64,000 nt of DNA from Alphaproteobacteria bacterium (GTDB lineage: Bacteria > Pseudomonadota > Alphaproteobacteria > UBA2966 > CAIVPW01). A program made the translations under genes and the position numbers. The notes under the pieces are model-generated. The model was not told the origin of the DNA and made no database searches. It saw only the letters and a list, made by a program, of their open reading frames with translations. Below are positions 34,569 through 45,315 of the stretch, piece by piece (position 1 is the first letter of the stretch; each line of letters begins with the position of its first letter). The stretch spans positions 7,801 to 71,800 of the forward strand of contig VGER01000002.1 of assembly GCA_016869235.1 (NCBI GenBank), given 5' to 3'.

Positions 34569-35384
34569 ATGGGCGAAAGCGTCCTCGCCAAGATCTGCGC
34601 CGACAAGCGCGAGCACATCCGCGCCCAGCGCAAGGCCAAGCCCATCGGCGCGATCGAGCGCGAGGCCAAGGCCGCCTCCCCCGTGCGCGGGTTCGCCGCC
34701 GCGCTCGACAAGGCCGTCGCCCGCACTGGCACCGGACTTATCGCTGAGGTGAAGCGCGCCTCGCCCTCCAAGAGCACGCTGCGCACCGAGTTCGCGCCTG
34801 CCGATCTCGCCAAGGCCTACCAAGCCGGAGGCGCCGCGTGCCTCTCCGTGCTGACCGACACGCCGTATTTCAAGGGATCGGACGCCGACCTGGTCGCGGC
34901 GCGCAACGCCGTGATCCTGCCGGCGATCCGCAAGGACTTCCTGCTCGATCCCTACCAGGTGGTCGAGTCGCGGGCGTTGGGCGCCGACTGCATCCTGGTG
35001 ATCCTCGCCGCCCTCGACGACATGCAGGCGGCGGAGATCGCGTCGGCGGCGCAAGAATGGAAAATGGACGTGCTGATCGAGGTGCACGATGAGCGCGAGA
35101 TGGCGCGCGCGGCACACATCGGCGGCACTCTCATCGGCATCAACAACCGCAACCTTAAGACCCTGGCGATCGATCTCGCCACCACCGAGCGCCTGGCACC
35201 GCGCGCGCCCAAGGGCGTGCCCCTCGTGTGCGAGAGCGGCATCGAGACCGCCGCCGATGTGCAGCGCATGCGTCGCATCGGCGTGCAGCGCTTCCTGGTC
35301 GGCTCGGCGCTCATGGTGCAGGCCGATGTCGCCCGGGCCGTGCGCGACCTGCTGGCACCCGAGGCGAAGCGGGCGGCAAGCTGA
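34569..35384 (+). CDS. trpC: Indole-3-glycerol phosphate synthase
   Basis: [28 protein letters not shown]. Confidence 0.94.
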   Translation: MGESVLAKICADKREHIRAQRKAKPIGAIEREAKAASPVRGFAAALDKAVARTGTGLIAEVKRASPSKSTLRTEFAPADLAKAYQAGGAACLSVLTDTPYFKGSDADLVAARNAVILPAIRKDFLLDPYQVVESRALGADCILVILAALDDMQAAEIASAAQEWKMDVLIEVHDEREMARAAHIGGTLIGINNRNLKTLAIDLATTERLAPRAPKGVPLVCESGIETAADVQRMRRIGVQRFLVGSALMVQADVARAVRDLLAPEAKRAAS

Positions 35385-35893
35385 TGGGCAAGCTGACGCA
35401 TCTGGATGACAAGGGACAGGCCCACATGGTGGACGTGGGCGCCAAGGGCGTGACCGAGCGCATCGCCCGCGCCGCCGCCACCATCACCATGGAGCCCGCG
35501 ACCCTGGCCCTGATCATGGAAGGCGGCGTCGCCAAGGGCGACGTCATGGCGACGGCGCGGCTCGCCGGCATCATGGCGGCCAAGCGCACGCCCGACCTCA
35601 TTCCGTTGTGCCACCCGCTGGCGCTGACCAAGGTGTCGGTCGAGCTCACCCCGGATGCCCAGCGCAGCGCCATCGACATCGTCGCTACCTGCAAGGTGTC
35701 GGGGCAAACGGGAGTCGAGATGGAGGCGCTGACCGCCGCCTCGGTTGCCGCCCTCACCGTCTATGACATGTGCAAGGCGGTCGATCGCGGCATGACCATC
35801 TCCGGCATCCGCCTGCTCCACAAGTCCGGCGGCATGTCCGGCACGTGGAGTGCGCCTGGCGGCGGGCCGGGGCACGCGCCCGATTCCCCCTAG
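35384..35893 (+). CDS. moaC: Cyclic pyranopterin monophosphate synthase accessory protein MoaC
   Basis: [21 protein letters not shown]..., [11 protein letters not shown] overlaps the trpC stop (TGATG). Confidence 0.93.
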   Translation: MGKLTHLDDKGQAHMVDVGAKGVTERIARAAATITMEPATLALIMEGGVAKGDVMATARLAGIMAAKRTPDLIPLCHPLALTKVSVELTPDAQRSAIDIVATCKVSGQTGVEMEALTAASVAALTVYDMCKAVDRGMTISGIRLLHKSGGMSGTWSAPGGGPGHAPDSP

Positions 35894-35897
35894 CGCC

Positions 35898-37109
35898 ATG
35901 ATCTCCGTCGACGAGGCGCGGCAGCGGATAGCCGCGGCGATGGGCCCCGTCGGCAGCGAGGTTCTTCCTCTCGACCAGGCGCTGGGGCGCGTGCTCGCCG
36001 AGGACGTCGCTGCCCGCGTCAGCCAGCCGCCGGTGGCCGTCTCCGCCATGGACGGCTACGCCGTGCGCGCCGCCGACGTCCAATCCGCGCCCGTCACCTT
36101 GCGCCGCGGCGGCGAAGCGCCGGCGGGAGGCTCCTATCCCGGCAAGGTCAAAGCCGGCGAGACGGTGCGCATCTTCACCGGTGGTCCGCTGCCGGCGGGT
36201 GCCGATACCGTGGTGCTCCAGGAAAACACCGAGGCGAGCGGCGCGTCGGTGGTGGTCAAGCAGGCAAGCGCGCTCGGCCGTCACGTTCGCGGCGCCGGCC
36301 TCGACTTCCAGGCCGGACAGGTCCTCCTCCGCGCCGGCCGCCGCCTGCGGGCGCGCGACATCGGCCTCGCTGCGGCGATGAACGTCCCCGCGCTGCAGGT
36401 GCGCAAGCGGCCGCGTGTCGCGGTGCTCAGCACGGGCTCGGAACTCGTGCCTGCCGGCGGCACCCCAGGCCCCAACCAGATCATCGATGCCAACGGCCCC
36501 GCTCTCGCCGCGGTGTTGCGCTCCTTCGGCGCCGAGCCCGTGACTCTCGGCATCGCCCGCGACGACGTAGCGGTGCTGCAGGAAGCCGCTGCGGGGGCAC
36601 GCGGCGCCGACCTTCTTCTCACCCTCGGAGGCGCGTCCGTCGGCGAGCACGACCTGATCCAGAAGGCGCTCGGCTCCCAAGGGCTCGCCATGGACTTCTG
36701 GAAGGTGGCGATCCGACCCGGCAAGCCGCTGATGTTCGGCCGCCTCGGCGACATGCCCCTGTTGGGGCTGCCGGGCAATCCCGTTTCGGCGCTGGTGTGC
36801 GCCTTGGTGTTCGTGCGCGCCGCGATCGACGCGCTGCTCGGCGCCGAAGCCGACCGCGAGCCGGTGACCGCCATCCTCGGCCGCGACCTCGACGCCAACG
36901 ACGGCCGCCAGGACTACCTGCGCAGCGAACTCGGCCGGCGCGCCGACGGATCGCTCGTGGCAACGCCGCTCGCCCGTCAGGACAGCTCCATGCTCGCTAG
37001 CCTGGCGTCCTCGGGCTGCCTGGTCGTGCGGCCGCCGAACGCCCCGCCCCTGCGCGCGGGCGCGATGGTGCCGGTCATTCCATTCAGCCTGGGACCCGAG
37101 GGGTTCTAG
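35898..37109 (+). CDS. moeA: Molybdopterin molybdotransferase MoeA
   Basis: Real start MISVDEARQRI at 35898. SAMDGYAV, TGSEL, LPGNPVSA. Confidence 0.92.
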   Translation: MISVDEARQRIAAAMGPVGSEVLPLDQALGRVLAEDVAARVSQPPVAVSAMDGYAVRAADVQSAPVTLRRGGEAPAGGSYPGKVKAGETVRIFTGGPLPAGADTVVLQENTEASGASVVVKQASALGRHVRGAGLDFQAGQVLLRAGRRLRARDIGLAAAMNVPALQVRKRPRVAVLSTGSELVPAGGTPGPNQIIDANGPALAAVLRSFGAEPVTLGIARDDVAVLQEAAAGARGADLLLTLGGASVGEHDLIQKALGSQGLAMDFWKVAIRPGKPLMFGRLGDMPLLGLPGNPVSALVCALVFVRAAIDALLGAEADREPVTAILGRDLDANDGRQDYLRSELGRRADGSLVATPLARQDSSMLASLASSGCLVVRPPNAPPLRAGAMVPVIPFSLGPEGF

Positions 37110-37150
37110 CGGCCGCGGGGTGACGGCCCGCCGCCGGCGCAGGAAAGCCG

Positions 37151-37204
37151 TTGACCCCCCGTTAGAACTAAACTAGAACATGTGCCGATGTTTAGTTTTT
37201 GTTC
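37151..37204 (+). promoter_or_regulatory. lexA promoter with two alphaproteobacterial SOS boxes
   Basis: TTGACC (37151-37156), 17 nt, TAGAAC. Box 1 GAAC-TAAACTA-GAAC (37165-37179) is perfect. Box 2 GTTT-AGTTTTT-GTTC (37190-37204) has one mismatch. Confidence 0.8.
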
Positions 37205-37252
37205 TACCGCTAGGTCCGATCCCGAGCGGTGGTTCCTTCGGGGGCGCGGCGC

Positions 37253-37951
37253 ATGTTGACCCGCAAGCAGCACGAACTTCTTATGTTCATCAATGAGAGG
37301 CTTTCCTCCTCCGGGGTGTCGCCCTCGTTCGACGAGATGAAGGAGGCCCTGAACCTCCGGTCCAAGTCCGGTATCCACCGCCTGGTCACCGCTTTGGAGG
37401 AGCGTGGCTTCATCCGCCGCCTCGCGCATCGCGCGCGGGCGCTCGAGGTCCTCAAGCTGCCCGAGCAGTCGGTCCCGAGCAGCGGTCCCGCCATCACCAA
37501 GGCCTCGGTGATCCGGCCCGATTTCGCCGGCCGCCGGCCGAGCCTGCCACCGCCCTCCTCGACCGAGACGCGCACCCTGCCGCTCTACGGCCGCATCGCC
37601 GCCGGCACGCCCATCGAGGTGCTGCGCGACCAGTCGAGCTTCGTCGAGGTGCCGACCACCCTGCTCGAAACGGGTGAGCACTATGCCCTGGAAGTGTCCG
37701 GTGACTCGATGATCGACGCCGGCGTCTTCGACGGCGACACCGTCATCATCCAGCGCACCGACTCGGCCGACAACGGCACCATCGTCGTCGCCATCGTGGA
37801 CAACGAGGAAGTCACGCTCAAGCGCCTGCGCCGCAAGCACAACTCCGTCGCCTTGGAGTCGGCCAACGAGGCTTACGAGACCCGCATCTTCGGCCCGGAC
37901 CGGGTGCAGGTGCAGGGCAAGCTGGTCGGCTTGATGCGCAAGTACAATTAG
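37253..37951 (+). CDS. lexA: LexA repressor
   Basis: [17 protein letters not shown]...[20 protein letters not shown] cleavage site (GRIAAGTP), GDSM, KRL. Confidence 0.95.
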   Translation: MLTRKQHELLMFINERLSSSGVSPSFDEMKEALNLRSKSGIHRLVTALEERGFIRRLAHRARALEVLKLPEQSVPSSGPAITKASVIRPDFAGRRPSLPPPSSTETRTLPLYGRIAAGTPIEVLRDQSSFVEVPTTLLETGEHYALEVSGDSMIDAGVFDGDTVIIQRTDSADNGTIVVAIVDNEEVTLKRLRRKHNSVALESANEAYETRIFGPDRVQVQGKLVGLMRKYN

Positions 37952-37980
37952 CGCTGGGCGCTGCTCAGAAGTCTTCGTCG

Positions 37981-38095
37981 TTGCGAGCGAAGCGAAGCTA
38001 TCCAGGCGTTGTCCTCTAAGTCGCCCCGCGCTCAGGTCCTCACCCTGAGCCTGTCGGAGAGTGAGCAGGCGCGCGCCACCCTTAAAACCCTGAGC
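37981..38095. repeat. Intergenic repeat cluster: TTGCGAGCGAAG...ATCCAGGCGTTGTC copy plus CCTGAGC hairpin module
   Basis: 37981-38013 matches 31168-31200. GCTCAGG-TCCTCAC-CCTGAGC is a perfect hairpin at 38030-38050. A third CCTGAGC arm sits at 38089-38095. Confidence 0.65.
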
Positions 38096-38155
38096 TGAGC
38101 CGCTCGCCTCGAGGTACCCCGGTCTCGGTACCCGTACCGCCGATGCGAGGAAGAC

Positions 38156-38429
38156 ATGTCCAAGGTCCCTGCCGCGCTGATCGGCGTCGCCTTGATCGCT
38201 GCGCCGGGCTTCGCATTTGCCGACGAGGCCAAGGGCGCCATCACCGCCATCCTGCCCGACAACAAGGCCATCGTGCTCGACGGCTACACCTACATCTTCC
38301 CGGCCGAGATCCAGATCGCCGACTTCAAGCCGGGCCATGGTGACCATCGTCTACTCCGTCGAGCCGGCCGAGCCGGGAATGGATGCGATGGACGTCCGCA
38401 AGCGGCTCGTCACCAAGGTCACGAAGTAG
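38156..38429 (+). pseudogene. DUF1344-like small periplasmic protein, copy A, with a 1-nt insertion near 38342-38346
   Basis: MSKVPAALIGVALIAAPGFAFA signal, then GAITAILPDNKAIVLDGYTYIFPAEIQIADFKPG in frame 1. It continues as MVTIVYSVEPAEPGMDAMDVRKRLVTKVTK in the next frame, which is the only one with high third-position GC. Length is 274 nt (3n+1). Confidence 0.7.
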
Positions 38430-38438
38430 GGCTCGGGC

Positions 38439-38468
38439 GCGCCGCAAGATGCGGCGCACCTTCTCTCA
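38439..38468 (+). terminator. Hairpin terminator candidate after DUF1344 copy A
   Basis: GCGCCGC-AAGAT-GCGGCGC followed by ACCTTCTCTC. A second hairpin GGGCCG-AAC-CGGCCC follows immediately. Confidence 0.5.
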
Positions 38469-38543
38469 GGGCCGAACCGGCCCTCACACCGGATGCCCTC
38501 GGGGCGCCGGCCGTCCCAGCCAAACCAAAGCATGGAGGAAACG

Positions 38544-38794
38544 ATGCGCAGTCTCGTGGGCGTTTCGTTGTTTCCGTCGCGGCGCTGGCTGGCACGCCTG
38601 CGCCGGCCGCCGCGGTGCAGGGCCGCGTCGAGGCGATCAACTCGCAGACTCGCACGGTGACTCTGAACGGCGTCGCCTACGTCTTCCCAGAGAACATCGG
38701 CATGGTGCACCTGATCCCCAGCGACCAAGTAGTCCTCACCTTCAACACCACCGGCCAGGGTAACGTGGTCGAGAAGGCAACGAAGACGAACTAG
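38544..38794 (+). pseudogene. DUF1344-like small periplasmic protein, copy B, with a 1-nt deletion near the G run 38558-38560
   Basis: GGAGGAAACG-ATG gives MRSLVG. The mature part (R)FVVSVAALAGTPAPAAAVQGRVEAINSQTRTVTLNGVAYVFPEN...VVLTFN continues in another frame that has no start codon of its own. Length is 251 nt (3n-1). Confidence 0.65.
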
Positions 38795-40920
38795 TCCCGC
38801 TCGCGCGGCCGCGGCAGCACCCACGGCCGTTCGCCGCGGGTGTCGGCGACTGTCCGCACGCGGATGCCGTCCTCCTTCAGCCACACGGCGACCGCACCTT
38901 CCCGCCACACGTCGATGCGGTCGATCACGCGCGCGGCGCACGGCACGAACACGGCGACGGCGGCGACGACCAGGTCGGCAACGCGGCAGTCTTCCACCAG
39001 GGCTTCCTCTTCCTGCACCAGGGCGACGATCTTCCCGTTGGCTCGGTAGAGACACCCCAGTCCGTCACAGCGCAGGCGTCCGTCCGTGGTCACCGCGCCC
39101 GTCTGCGGCCAGCGCCCGCCGGCCTCGCGCCCGTCGCGGCGCAACCACGTGTCGATGGTGAAGTTCGAGCGCGACGACGACACCCACAAGCCGCCATCCG
39201 CCGCGCGGACTGCCATGTAGGTGGCGTCCTCGCTCACCAGGACATCGGGCTGCGCGACGAACGCGGCGCTCGCCAGGCCTGCCGCGAGGAATGGGATGCC
39301 TGCCAATCGCCACCGTATCTGCCACAAACACAGCCACAGGCCGGCCAGCGTAACCAGCGCCAATCCCGTGACGGGCATCGCCGGAAGCGTCACGGCCGCG
39401 CCCGGCCAGGATGCGACCTCCGTTCCCACGGCGAGCATCGCATCGATGCCCCACCCCATGGGATGCAGTGCCAGCGCCTCGATCCCGAACGGCATCAACG
39501 CGAACGTGGTCACTGCCCACGGCATGATCCACAGTCCGGTGATCGGCACGACCACCAGGTTCGCGGCAAGCGAATAGGTCGAGAAGCGGTCGAAGTGGTA
39601 GATGGCGAACGGCGCTGTCGCGAGGCCCGCGACGAGCGTCGAAAGGCCGACACCGAACAGGTAGAGCGTCACCTTGCGCACCATGCCCGCGTCGCGATTC
39701 CACCGCGCGAACGGCTCGCGCGCCAGCTCGTAGGTGGCGATCAGCGCGACGACCGCCGCGAAAGACATCTGGAAGCTGGGACCAAGCAGGCTGTGCGGAG
39801 AGATGATCAGCACTGCCACCGCCGCCCATCCGACCAGGCGCATCGAAAACGGGCGCCGGTCGAGGAGGATGGCCACCATGGCCAGGCACAGCATCAGGAA
39901 CGAGCGTTCCGTCGGCGCTGTTGCTCCGGCCAGCACGAAATAGCCGAATGAGCCGAGCAGCGCGATCGCCGCCGCCCACTTCTTGATGGGAAAGCGTAAG
40001 GCGATCGGCTCGATGAGCGCAAGCACCGCGCGGCTGCTGAAGAACAAGATGCCGGCCAGCAGACCGAAATGGAGCCCAGAGATCGAGATGATGTGGGCAA
40101 GGCCGGAGTCGCGCAGCGCATTCCAGGTTTCGTCGTCGATGCCCGCGCGCTCTCCCGTGGTGAGCGCCGCTGCGACGGCGCCTGTCTGCCCCTCCAATAC
40201 TGCATGGATCCGCTGCGAAAGACGCTGCCGGAACCCGGCTACGGCGTCGCGCCAGTCGGGACCGGAGCGCGCCACAATGGTGGCGGCGCTCACCGCGTAC
40301 CCTACGGCGCCGATGCCCTGGAACCACGCGTCGCGCGCGAAGTCGAACGCGCCCGGTGCGGCGGGCGGCGACGGCGGCAGCAACACCGCGCGCAGCGACA
40401 CGCGCTGACCGGGAGAGATCGCTTCGCCGCGCGCGCGCACGGTGATGCGAATCTTGGCGGGAGTCTGCTCCCGCGCGAGCCCGTCGATCGCCAGGTCGGC
40501 GAGCGTCAGGCGGCGGTCGTCCGGGCGCTGCTCTACGAGGGTCACCCTGCCGGTCACGCTGACCGGGCCGATCTGGCGTTGCACGACGGGCGCGGCCGCC
40601 ATCGCGGCGCGCACCTGCGCCGCGGTGAACCCAAGCCCGCTGGCGGCCAGGAAGAAGCCCAGCAGCAGCCCGGCCATCCGGCCCCGCAACGCAACCCCGA
40701 CGGCGACGGCCAAAGCGACGAGTGTCGGCCCGAGCCAGGGGGACGGTTCGAACCGCAAAGCGAAGTAGGCGGTGACGCCAGCGCCGATCGCCACCGGCAG
40801 CCATAGGGCCCAACGCTCGCGCTCGGCAAGGAAGGCTGCAGACAGCGACCCGAGGAGCGCCGCCGCCCTGGCGCCGCCCAGCAGCTGTGGGCTGTGCGGA
40901 GCCTCCTGCCTTAGGTTCAT
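38791..40920 (-). CDS. comEC: ComEC/Rec2 family DNA internalisation channel protein (no beta-lactamase domain evident)
   Basis: 709 aa polytopic membrane protein. GLAHIISISGLHFGLLAG competence-domain motif. Conserved lexA/comEC/gltX neighbourhood. Confidence 0.85.
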   Translation of the reverse strand: MNLRQEAPHSPQLLGGARAAALLGSLSAAFLAERERWALWLPVAIGAGVTAYFALRFEPSPWLGPTLVALAVAVGVALRGRMAGLLLGFFLAASGLGFTAAQVRAAMAAAPVVQRQIGPVSVTGRVTLVEQRPDDRRLTLADLAIDGLAREQTPAKIRITVRARGEAISPGQRVSLRAVLLPPSPPAAPGAFDFARDAWFQGIGAVGYAVSAATIVARSGPDWRDAVAGFRQRLSQRIHAVLEGQTGAVAAALTTGERAGIDDETWNALRDSGLAHIISISGLHFGLLAGILFFSSRAVLALIEPIALRFPIKKWAAAIALLGSFGYFVLAGATAPTERSFLMLCLAMVAILLDRRPFSMRLVGWAAVAVLIISPHSLLGPSFQMSFAAVVALIATYELAREPFARWNRDAGMVRKVTLYLFGVGLSTLVAGLATAPFAIYHFDRFSTYSLAANLVVVPITGLWIMPWAVTTFALMPFGIEALALHPMGWGIDAMLAVGTEVASWPGAAVTLPAMPVTGLALVTLAGLWLCLWQIRWRLAGIPFLAAGLASAAFVAQPDVLVSEDATYMAVRAADGGLWVSSSRSNFTIDTWLRRDGREAGGRWPQTGAVTTDGRLRCDGLGCLYRANGKIVALVQEEEALVEDCRVADLVVAAVAVFVPCAARVIDRIDVWREGAVAVWLKEDGIRVRTVADTRGERPWVLPRPRERD

Positions 40921-41172
40921 TGCTCCCCTCTAGTATCGATGCGAGTCTTCTCGCACTTACCCGGCCTGCTTGACTAGATACATAATGTGCGCTACATATA
41001 GTGTTATCACCTCACCCAGCGCCAGCCCAGGCCTGCAGCCGTTCGACGAATTACCGGCACCGCTCCGGCCCGTTGATCGCCCGTAGACTCCGTTTTCCGG
41101 AGTGGAAAATGAACAAACCAGCGGCGCCCTGCTAAACATGCCGCCCCCGAGTAGCGAGCCAAACGGAAGAAC

Positions 41173-42615
41173 ATGCCGCCGATCACCCGCTTTGCGCCCT
41201 CACCCACCGGCATGCTGCACATCGGCAGCGCGCGTACGGCCTTGTTCAACTGGCTGTACTCCAAACACACGGGAGGCACGTTCCTGCTGCGCATCGAGGA
41301 CACCGACGCCGAGCGCTCGACGCCCGAGGCGGTCGAGGCCATCTACGAGGGCTTGCGTTGGCTCGGCCTCGACTGGGACGGCGATCCCATCCTTCAGTCC
41401 AAGCGCGCGGCGCGGCACCGCGAGGTCGCGGAGCAGATGCTCGCCGCCGGCAACGCCTACCACTGCTACTGCTCGCCCGAGGAGCTCGAGGCCATGCGCG
41501 CCGAGCAGAAGGCGAAAGGCGTGCCCATGCGCTACGACGGCCGCTGGCGCGACCGCGACCCCAAAGACGCGCCGTCGGGCGTGAAGCCGGTCATCCGCCT
41601 CAAGGCGCCGCGTGAGGGTGAAACGATCATCCGCGACAGGGTGCAGGGCGACGTGCGCATCGCCGCCGAGCAACTCGACGACATGGTGCTGCTGCGCGCC
41701 GACGGCAGCCCGACCTACATGCTCGCCGTCGTAGTGGACGACCACGACATGGAGATCACCCACGTGATCCGCGGCGTGGACCATCTAAACAACGCCGCGC
41801 GGCAGATGCAGATCTACCGTGCCATGGGCTGGGAGGTGCCGTCGTTCTCGCACATCCCGCTGATCCATGGGCCCGATGGTGCCAAGCTGTCCAAGCGTCA
41901 CGGCGCGCTCGGCGTCGCCGAGTACGAGCGCATGGGCTACCGGCCCGAAGCGATGCGCAACTACTTGGCGCGACTGGGCTGGTCGCATGGCGACGACGAG
42001 ATCTTCTCCACCGAGCAGGCGATCGAGTGGTTCGACCTCGACGGCATCGGCCGCTCGGCGGCGCGCTTCGACTACGACAAGCTGCGCAGCCTGAACGCCC
42101 ACTACATCCAGCAGGCCGCGGCCGAGGACCCGGCCGGGCTGATCGCCGAGGTAGTCGAGCGCATCCAGCGCCTGCCGGAGGTCGACCCCGCCAATTCGCC
42201 CCCGGCCCACGCGCTCGCCCAGCATGCGGACGCCGGGGGCCGGCTGCGAACGCTGCTGCCGGAGCTTGCCAAGCGCGCCAAGGACATGAACGAGTTGGCG
42301 ATAAACGCCCTCCCCTACGTGGTGAGCGGCGCGCTGAGTCCGGACGCCAAGGCCAGCGGCCTGCTGACCCCCGACGCTCGCGCCATGCTGGGGCGTCTTG
42401 CACAGGCGCTCGACCGCAGTCCCGACTGGTCGCCGGAGGCGCTGGACGCCGCGATACGCTCCTTCGCGGCGCTTGAGTCGCGCAAGCTCGGCGACGTGGC
42501 GCAGCCCGTTCGCGCGGCGTTGACCGGCAGGGCCGTGTCCCCCGGCGTGTTCGAGATCATGGCGGCCCTTGGCCGCAGCGAGAGCCTCGCGCGGCTGCGC
42601 AAGCAGGCAGCATAG
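41173..42615 (+). CDS. gltX: Glutamate--tRNA ligase
   Basis: [22 protein letters not shown] (HIGH) and KLSKRHG (KMSKS). Confidence 0.96.
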   Translation: MPPITRFAPSPTGMLHIGSARTALFNWLYSKHTGGTFLLRIEDTDAERSTPEAVEAIYEGLRWLGLDWDGDPILQSKRAARHREVAEQMLAAGNAYHCYCSPEELEAMRAEQKAKGVPMRYDGRWRDRDPKDAPSGVKPVIRLKAPREGETIIRDRVQGDVRIAAEQLDDMVLLRADGSPTYMLAVVVDDHDMEITHVIRGVDHLNNAARQMQIYRAMGWEVPSFSHIPLIHGPDGAKLSKRHGALGVAEYERMGYRPEAMRNYLARLGWSHGDDEIFSTEQAIEWFDLDGIGRSAARFDYDKLRSLNAHYIQQAAAEDPAGLIAEVVERIQRLPEVDPANSPPAHALAQHADAGGRLRTLLPELAKRAKDMNELAINALPYVVSGALSPDAKASGLLTPDARAMLGRLAQALDRSPDWSPEALDAAIRSFAALESRKLGDVAQPVRAALTGRAVSPGVFEIMAALGRSESLARLRKQAA

Positions 42616-42674
42616 CGTTGCCTTGGCTTGTAGCAGGGGCGAATCGCCATATACTCCTTAGCAAGTTGCAGCGC

Positions 42675-42699
42675 GCCGGCGGGCGAATTGTCCGCCGGC
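42675..42699 (+). other. Perfect 8-bp GC hairpin between gltX and gltA
   Basis: GCCGGCGG-GCGAATTGT-CCGCCGGC. No T tract follows, so its role (terminator, attenuator, RNA stabiliser) is undetermined. Confidence 0.4.
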
Positions 42700-42724
42700 T
42701 CGACGCGGTGAGGGATCCGGCCGC

Positions 42725-44110
42725 ATGGCCAAAGAAGCGCCGAAGCCGACGACGCGAGCCGCGCCGCACGCTGTTGCTGCGCCGCGCGCTGCCGCGCTGC
42801 CCGAGGGAGCCGCCCGCAATACGGTGACGCTGATCGATAACTCGACCGGCAACTCCTATGAGTTTCCCCTGCAGCAGGGCAGCGTCGGGCCTGGCGTCTT
42901 CGACATCCGCAAGCTCTACAACGAGTCGGGCCTGTTCACGTTCGATCCGGGCTACATGTCGACCGCAAGCTGCGAGTCGAAGATCACCTACGTCGACGGC
43001 GAGGAAGGCGTCCTCCTCTACCGCGGCTATCCCATCGAGGAGCTGGCGGAGAAGAGTTCGTTCCTGGAAGTCGCGTACCTACTGCTCCACGGGGAGCTGC
43101 CCAACCACGAAGAGTTCCACGAATTCAGCACCAAGATCACCCGCCACACCATGATCCACGAGCAGCTGACCCAGCTGTTCCGCGGCTTCCGGCGTGACGC
43201 GCACCCGATGGCGGTCATGGTCGGCGTGGTCGGCGCGATGAGCGCGTTCTATCCCGGAGATTCCGCTGGCGCCGCGCATGCCGGCGAGCGGCTCTCCAAC
43301 GTTCACCGCGTCATCGCCAAGGTGCCGACCATCGCGGCCATGGCCTACAAGTACTCGGTCGGCCAGCCGTTCATGTATCCGCGCAACGAGCTCTCGTTCG
43401 CCGGCAATTTCCTGCACATGGTGTTCGCGGTCCCTTCCGAGGAATACAAGGTCAACCCGGTGCTGGAGCGGGCGCTCGACGACATCTTCATCCTGCATGC
43501 CGACCACGAGCAGAACGCATCCACCTCGACCGTGCGTCTGGCGGGCTCGTCGGGTGCCAATCCGTTCGCCTGCATCGCCGCCGGCATCGCCTGCCTGTGG
43601 GGCCCGGCGCACGGCGGCGCCAACGAGGCCGTTCTCAACATGCTCGAAGATATCGGCAGTGTGAAGCGCATCCCCGAGTTTATCGCCCGCGCCAAGGACA
43701 AGGACGATCCGTTCCGGCTGATGGGATTCGGCCACCGCCTCTACAAGAACTTCGACCCGCGCGCCCAGGTGCTGCGCAAGCGCGCTCACGAGGTGCTGGA
43801 CGAGCTCGGCATGCGCGACGAGCCGCTGCTCTTGCTTGCGCAGGAGCTCGAGCGCATCGCGCTGGAGGACGGTTACTTCGTCGAGCGTAAGCTGTACCCG
43901 AACGTCGACTTCTATTCGGGCATCATCCTGCGCGCGATGGGATTCCCCTCCGGCATGTTCACGGCCTTGTTTGCCGTGGCGCGCACCGTCGGCTGGTGCG
44001 CCCAGTGGGCCGAGATGTTGGCCGATCCGGCACAGAAGATCGGCAGGCCGCGCCAGCTGTACACCGGCGCGCCGAAGCGCGCTTACGTGCCCATGCCGAA
44101 GCGGCAATAG
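42725..44110 (+). CDS. gltA: Citrate synthase (type II) with about 30-aa N-terminal extension
   Basis: [29 protein letters not shown]. Confidence 0.95.
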   Translation: MAKEAPKPTTRAAPHAVAAPRAAALPEGAARNTVTLIDNSTGNSYEFPLQQGSVGPGVFDIRKLYNESGLFTFDPGYMSTASCESKITYVDGEEGVLLYRGYPIEELAEKSSFLEVAYLLLHGELPNHEEFHEFSTKITRHTMIHEQLTQLFRGFRRDAHPMAVMVGVVGAMSAFYPGDSAGAAHAGERLSNVHRVIAKVPTIAAMAYKYSVGQPFMYPRNELSFAGNFLHMVFAVPSEEYKVNPVLERALDDIFILHADHEQNASTSTVRLAGSSGANPFACIAAGIACLWGPAHGGANEAVLNMLEDIGSVKRIPEFIARAKDKDDPFRLMGFGHRLYKNFDPRAQVLRKRAHEVLDELGMRDEPLLLLAQELERIALEDGYFVERKLYPNVDFYSGIILRAMGFPSGMFTALFAVARTVGWCAQWAEMLADPAQKIGRPRQLYTGAPKRAYVPMPKRQ

Positions 44111-44119
44111 CGCGCGCTG

Positions 44120-45313
44120 CTACACCGCCGCCGTCGACGGGGGCACCTTTCCGTCGATCACCTTGAGGACCGCTTCCGCCGCCGCTTGCGAGGGCGTGCC
44201 GTTCGGCGGAGTGAGCATGCCGATGGCGTCCGCTGCCGCCTCCATCTGCGCCGCGCGATGCTCTTTGTCGGTGAGCACCGTCCGCACGGCCTCGTCGAGC
44301 CGCGCGGGCACGCAGTCGTGCTGCAGCAGCTCCGGCACGACGGCGCGGCGCACCAGGATGTTGACCAGGTTCACGTAGGGCGTCAGGGCGAGGCGCTTCA
44401 CCAGCAACCACGTCAGCGGGTGCATGCGATAGGCGATGACGGCCGGTACCTTGGCCAGCGCCAGCTCCAGCGCTACGGTGCCGGAAGCTGCCAGAGCCGC
44501 GTCGCTCGCCGCCATGGCGTCATAGCGCTCGGCGCCGGGCACCACGACCGTGGGCACGCGCCAGACAGCGGTCGCCGCGCGGATGCTCGCCTCCAGGTGC
44601 GGCACCGCCGGCACGACCGCCACGAGGCGCTCGAATTCCTGCGCCAAGCGCTCGATGGTCGCACCGAACGGTTGCAGCAGCCGCCTGGTTTCGCTGTGCC
44701 GGCTTCCCGGCAGCACACACACGACGGTCGCGCCGGCGGGAAGCTTGTGGCGAGCGCGGAATGCAAAGCCATCGCCTTTGCCCGCGGCGGATTCGATCAC
44801 CGGATGACCGACGAACGAGCTGCGCAGGCCCTCATCCTCGAAGTAGCGCGGCTCGAACGGCAGCAGCGACAGCAGGTGGTCGAACAGTGGCACGATCCTC
44901 TTGGCGCGGCCGGGCCGCCATGCCCACACGCTGGGCGCCACATAGTGAATGAGCGTTAGGCCCTGCGGCTTCAGGCGCCGCGCCAAGCGGAAGTTGAAGC
45001 CCGGCGAATCGATGGTGACCACCGCATCGGGACCGCTGCCCAGGGCGTGATCCTCGGTCTCGCGCAGCCGCCGGGCCAGGTGGCGGACCTTGGGCAGCAC
45101 CTCGGCGATGCCCATCAGGCTGAGCTCCTGCATGGGGAACAGGGATGCCAGCCCCTGCGCCTCCATCGCCGGGCCGCCGACACCGGTGAACCGGACAGCA
45201 CCGGCAGTAAGCGACTTCAGCGCAGCCATCAGGCCCGCCCCGAGGGCGTCGCCGGACGCCTCGCCCGCCACCACCATGATGTGCAGCGAGCGGCGGGCGC
45301 GGACCGTCGCCAT
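44120..45313 (-). CDS. lpxB: Lipid-A-disaccharide synthase
   Basis: IMVVAGEASGDALGAGLM. Conserved cluster position. Confidence 0.92.
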   Translation of the reverse strand: MATVRARRSLHIMVVAGEASGDALGAGLMAALKSLTAGAVRFTGVGGPAMEAQGLASLFPMQELSLMGIAEVLPKVRHLARRLRETEDHALGSGPDAVVTIDSPGFNFRLARRLKPQGLTLIHYVAPSVWAWRPGRAKRIVPLFDHLLSLLPFEPRYFEDEGLRSSFVGHPVIESAAGKGDGFAFRARHKLPAGATVVCVLPGSRHSETRRLLQPFGATIERLAQEFERLVAVVPAVPHLEASIRAATAVWRVPTVVVPGAERYDAMAASDAALAASGTVALELALAKVPAVIAYRMHPLTWLLVKRLALTPYVNLVNILVRRAVVPELLQHDCVPARLDEAVRTVLTDKEHRAAQMEAAADAIGMLTPPNGTPSQAAAEAVLKVIDGKVPPSTAAV

Positions 45314-45315
45314 GC

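Noticed and set aside
37190-37204. Second lexA SOS box as a perfect site
   Set aside because: It reads GTTT-N7-GTTC, with one mismatch in the first half-site. It is reported as a probable weaker second box, not a perfect one.
38156-38794. Tracked 212-aa ORF as a single fused DUF1344 protein
   Set aside because: Its middle third has low third-position GC and a junk-like Arg/Gly/Ala translation. The alternative frame has coding-like bias, a proper stop, a terminator hairpin and then a strong SD-ATG. Two genes with indels fit better.
38789-38796. Overlapping convergent stop codons of DUF1344 copy B and comEC within the palindrome ACTAGT
   Set aside because: This is real but trivial. CTAG reads TAG on both strands, and no regulatory meaning can be inferred.
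40735-40760. tRNA-like GGTTCGAA motifs (also about 26690 and 58050)
   Set aside because: They lie inside well-supported coding regions (comEC, the M48 paralogue, rpsB). I could not build acceptor or anticodon stems around them.
40921-41172. Low-GC comEC/gltX divergent spacer as a possible sRNA or extra SOS site
   Set aside because: It contains only small palindromes (ACATAATGT, TTTTCC-GGAGT-GGAAAA) and no GAAC-N7-GAAC box. I see no terminator-bounded unit, so it is most simply two divergent promoters.
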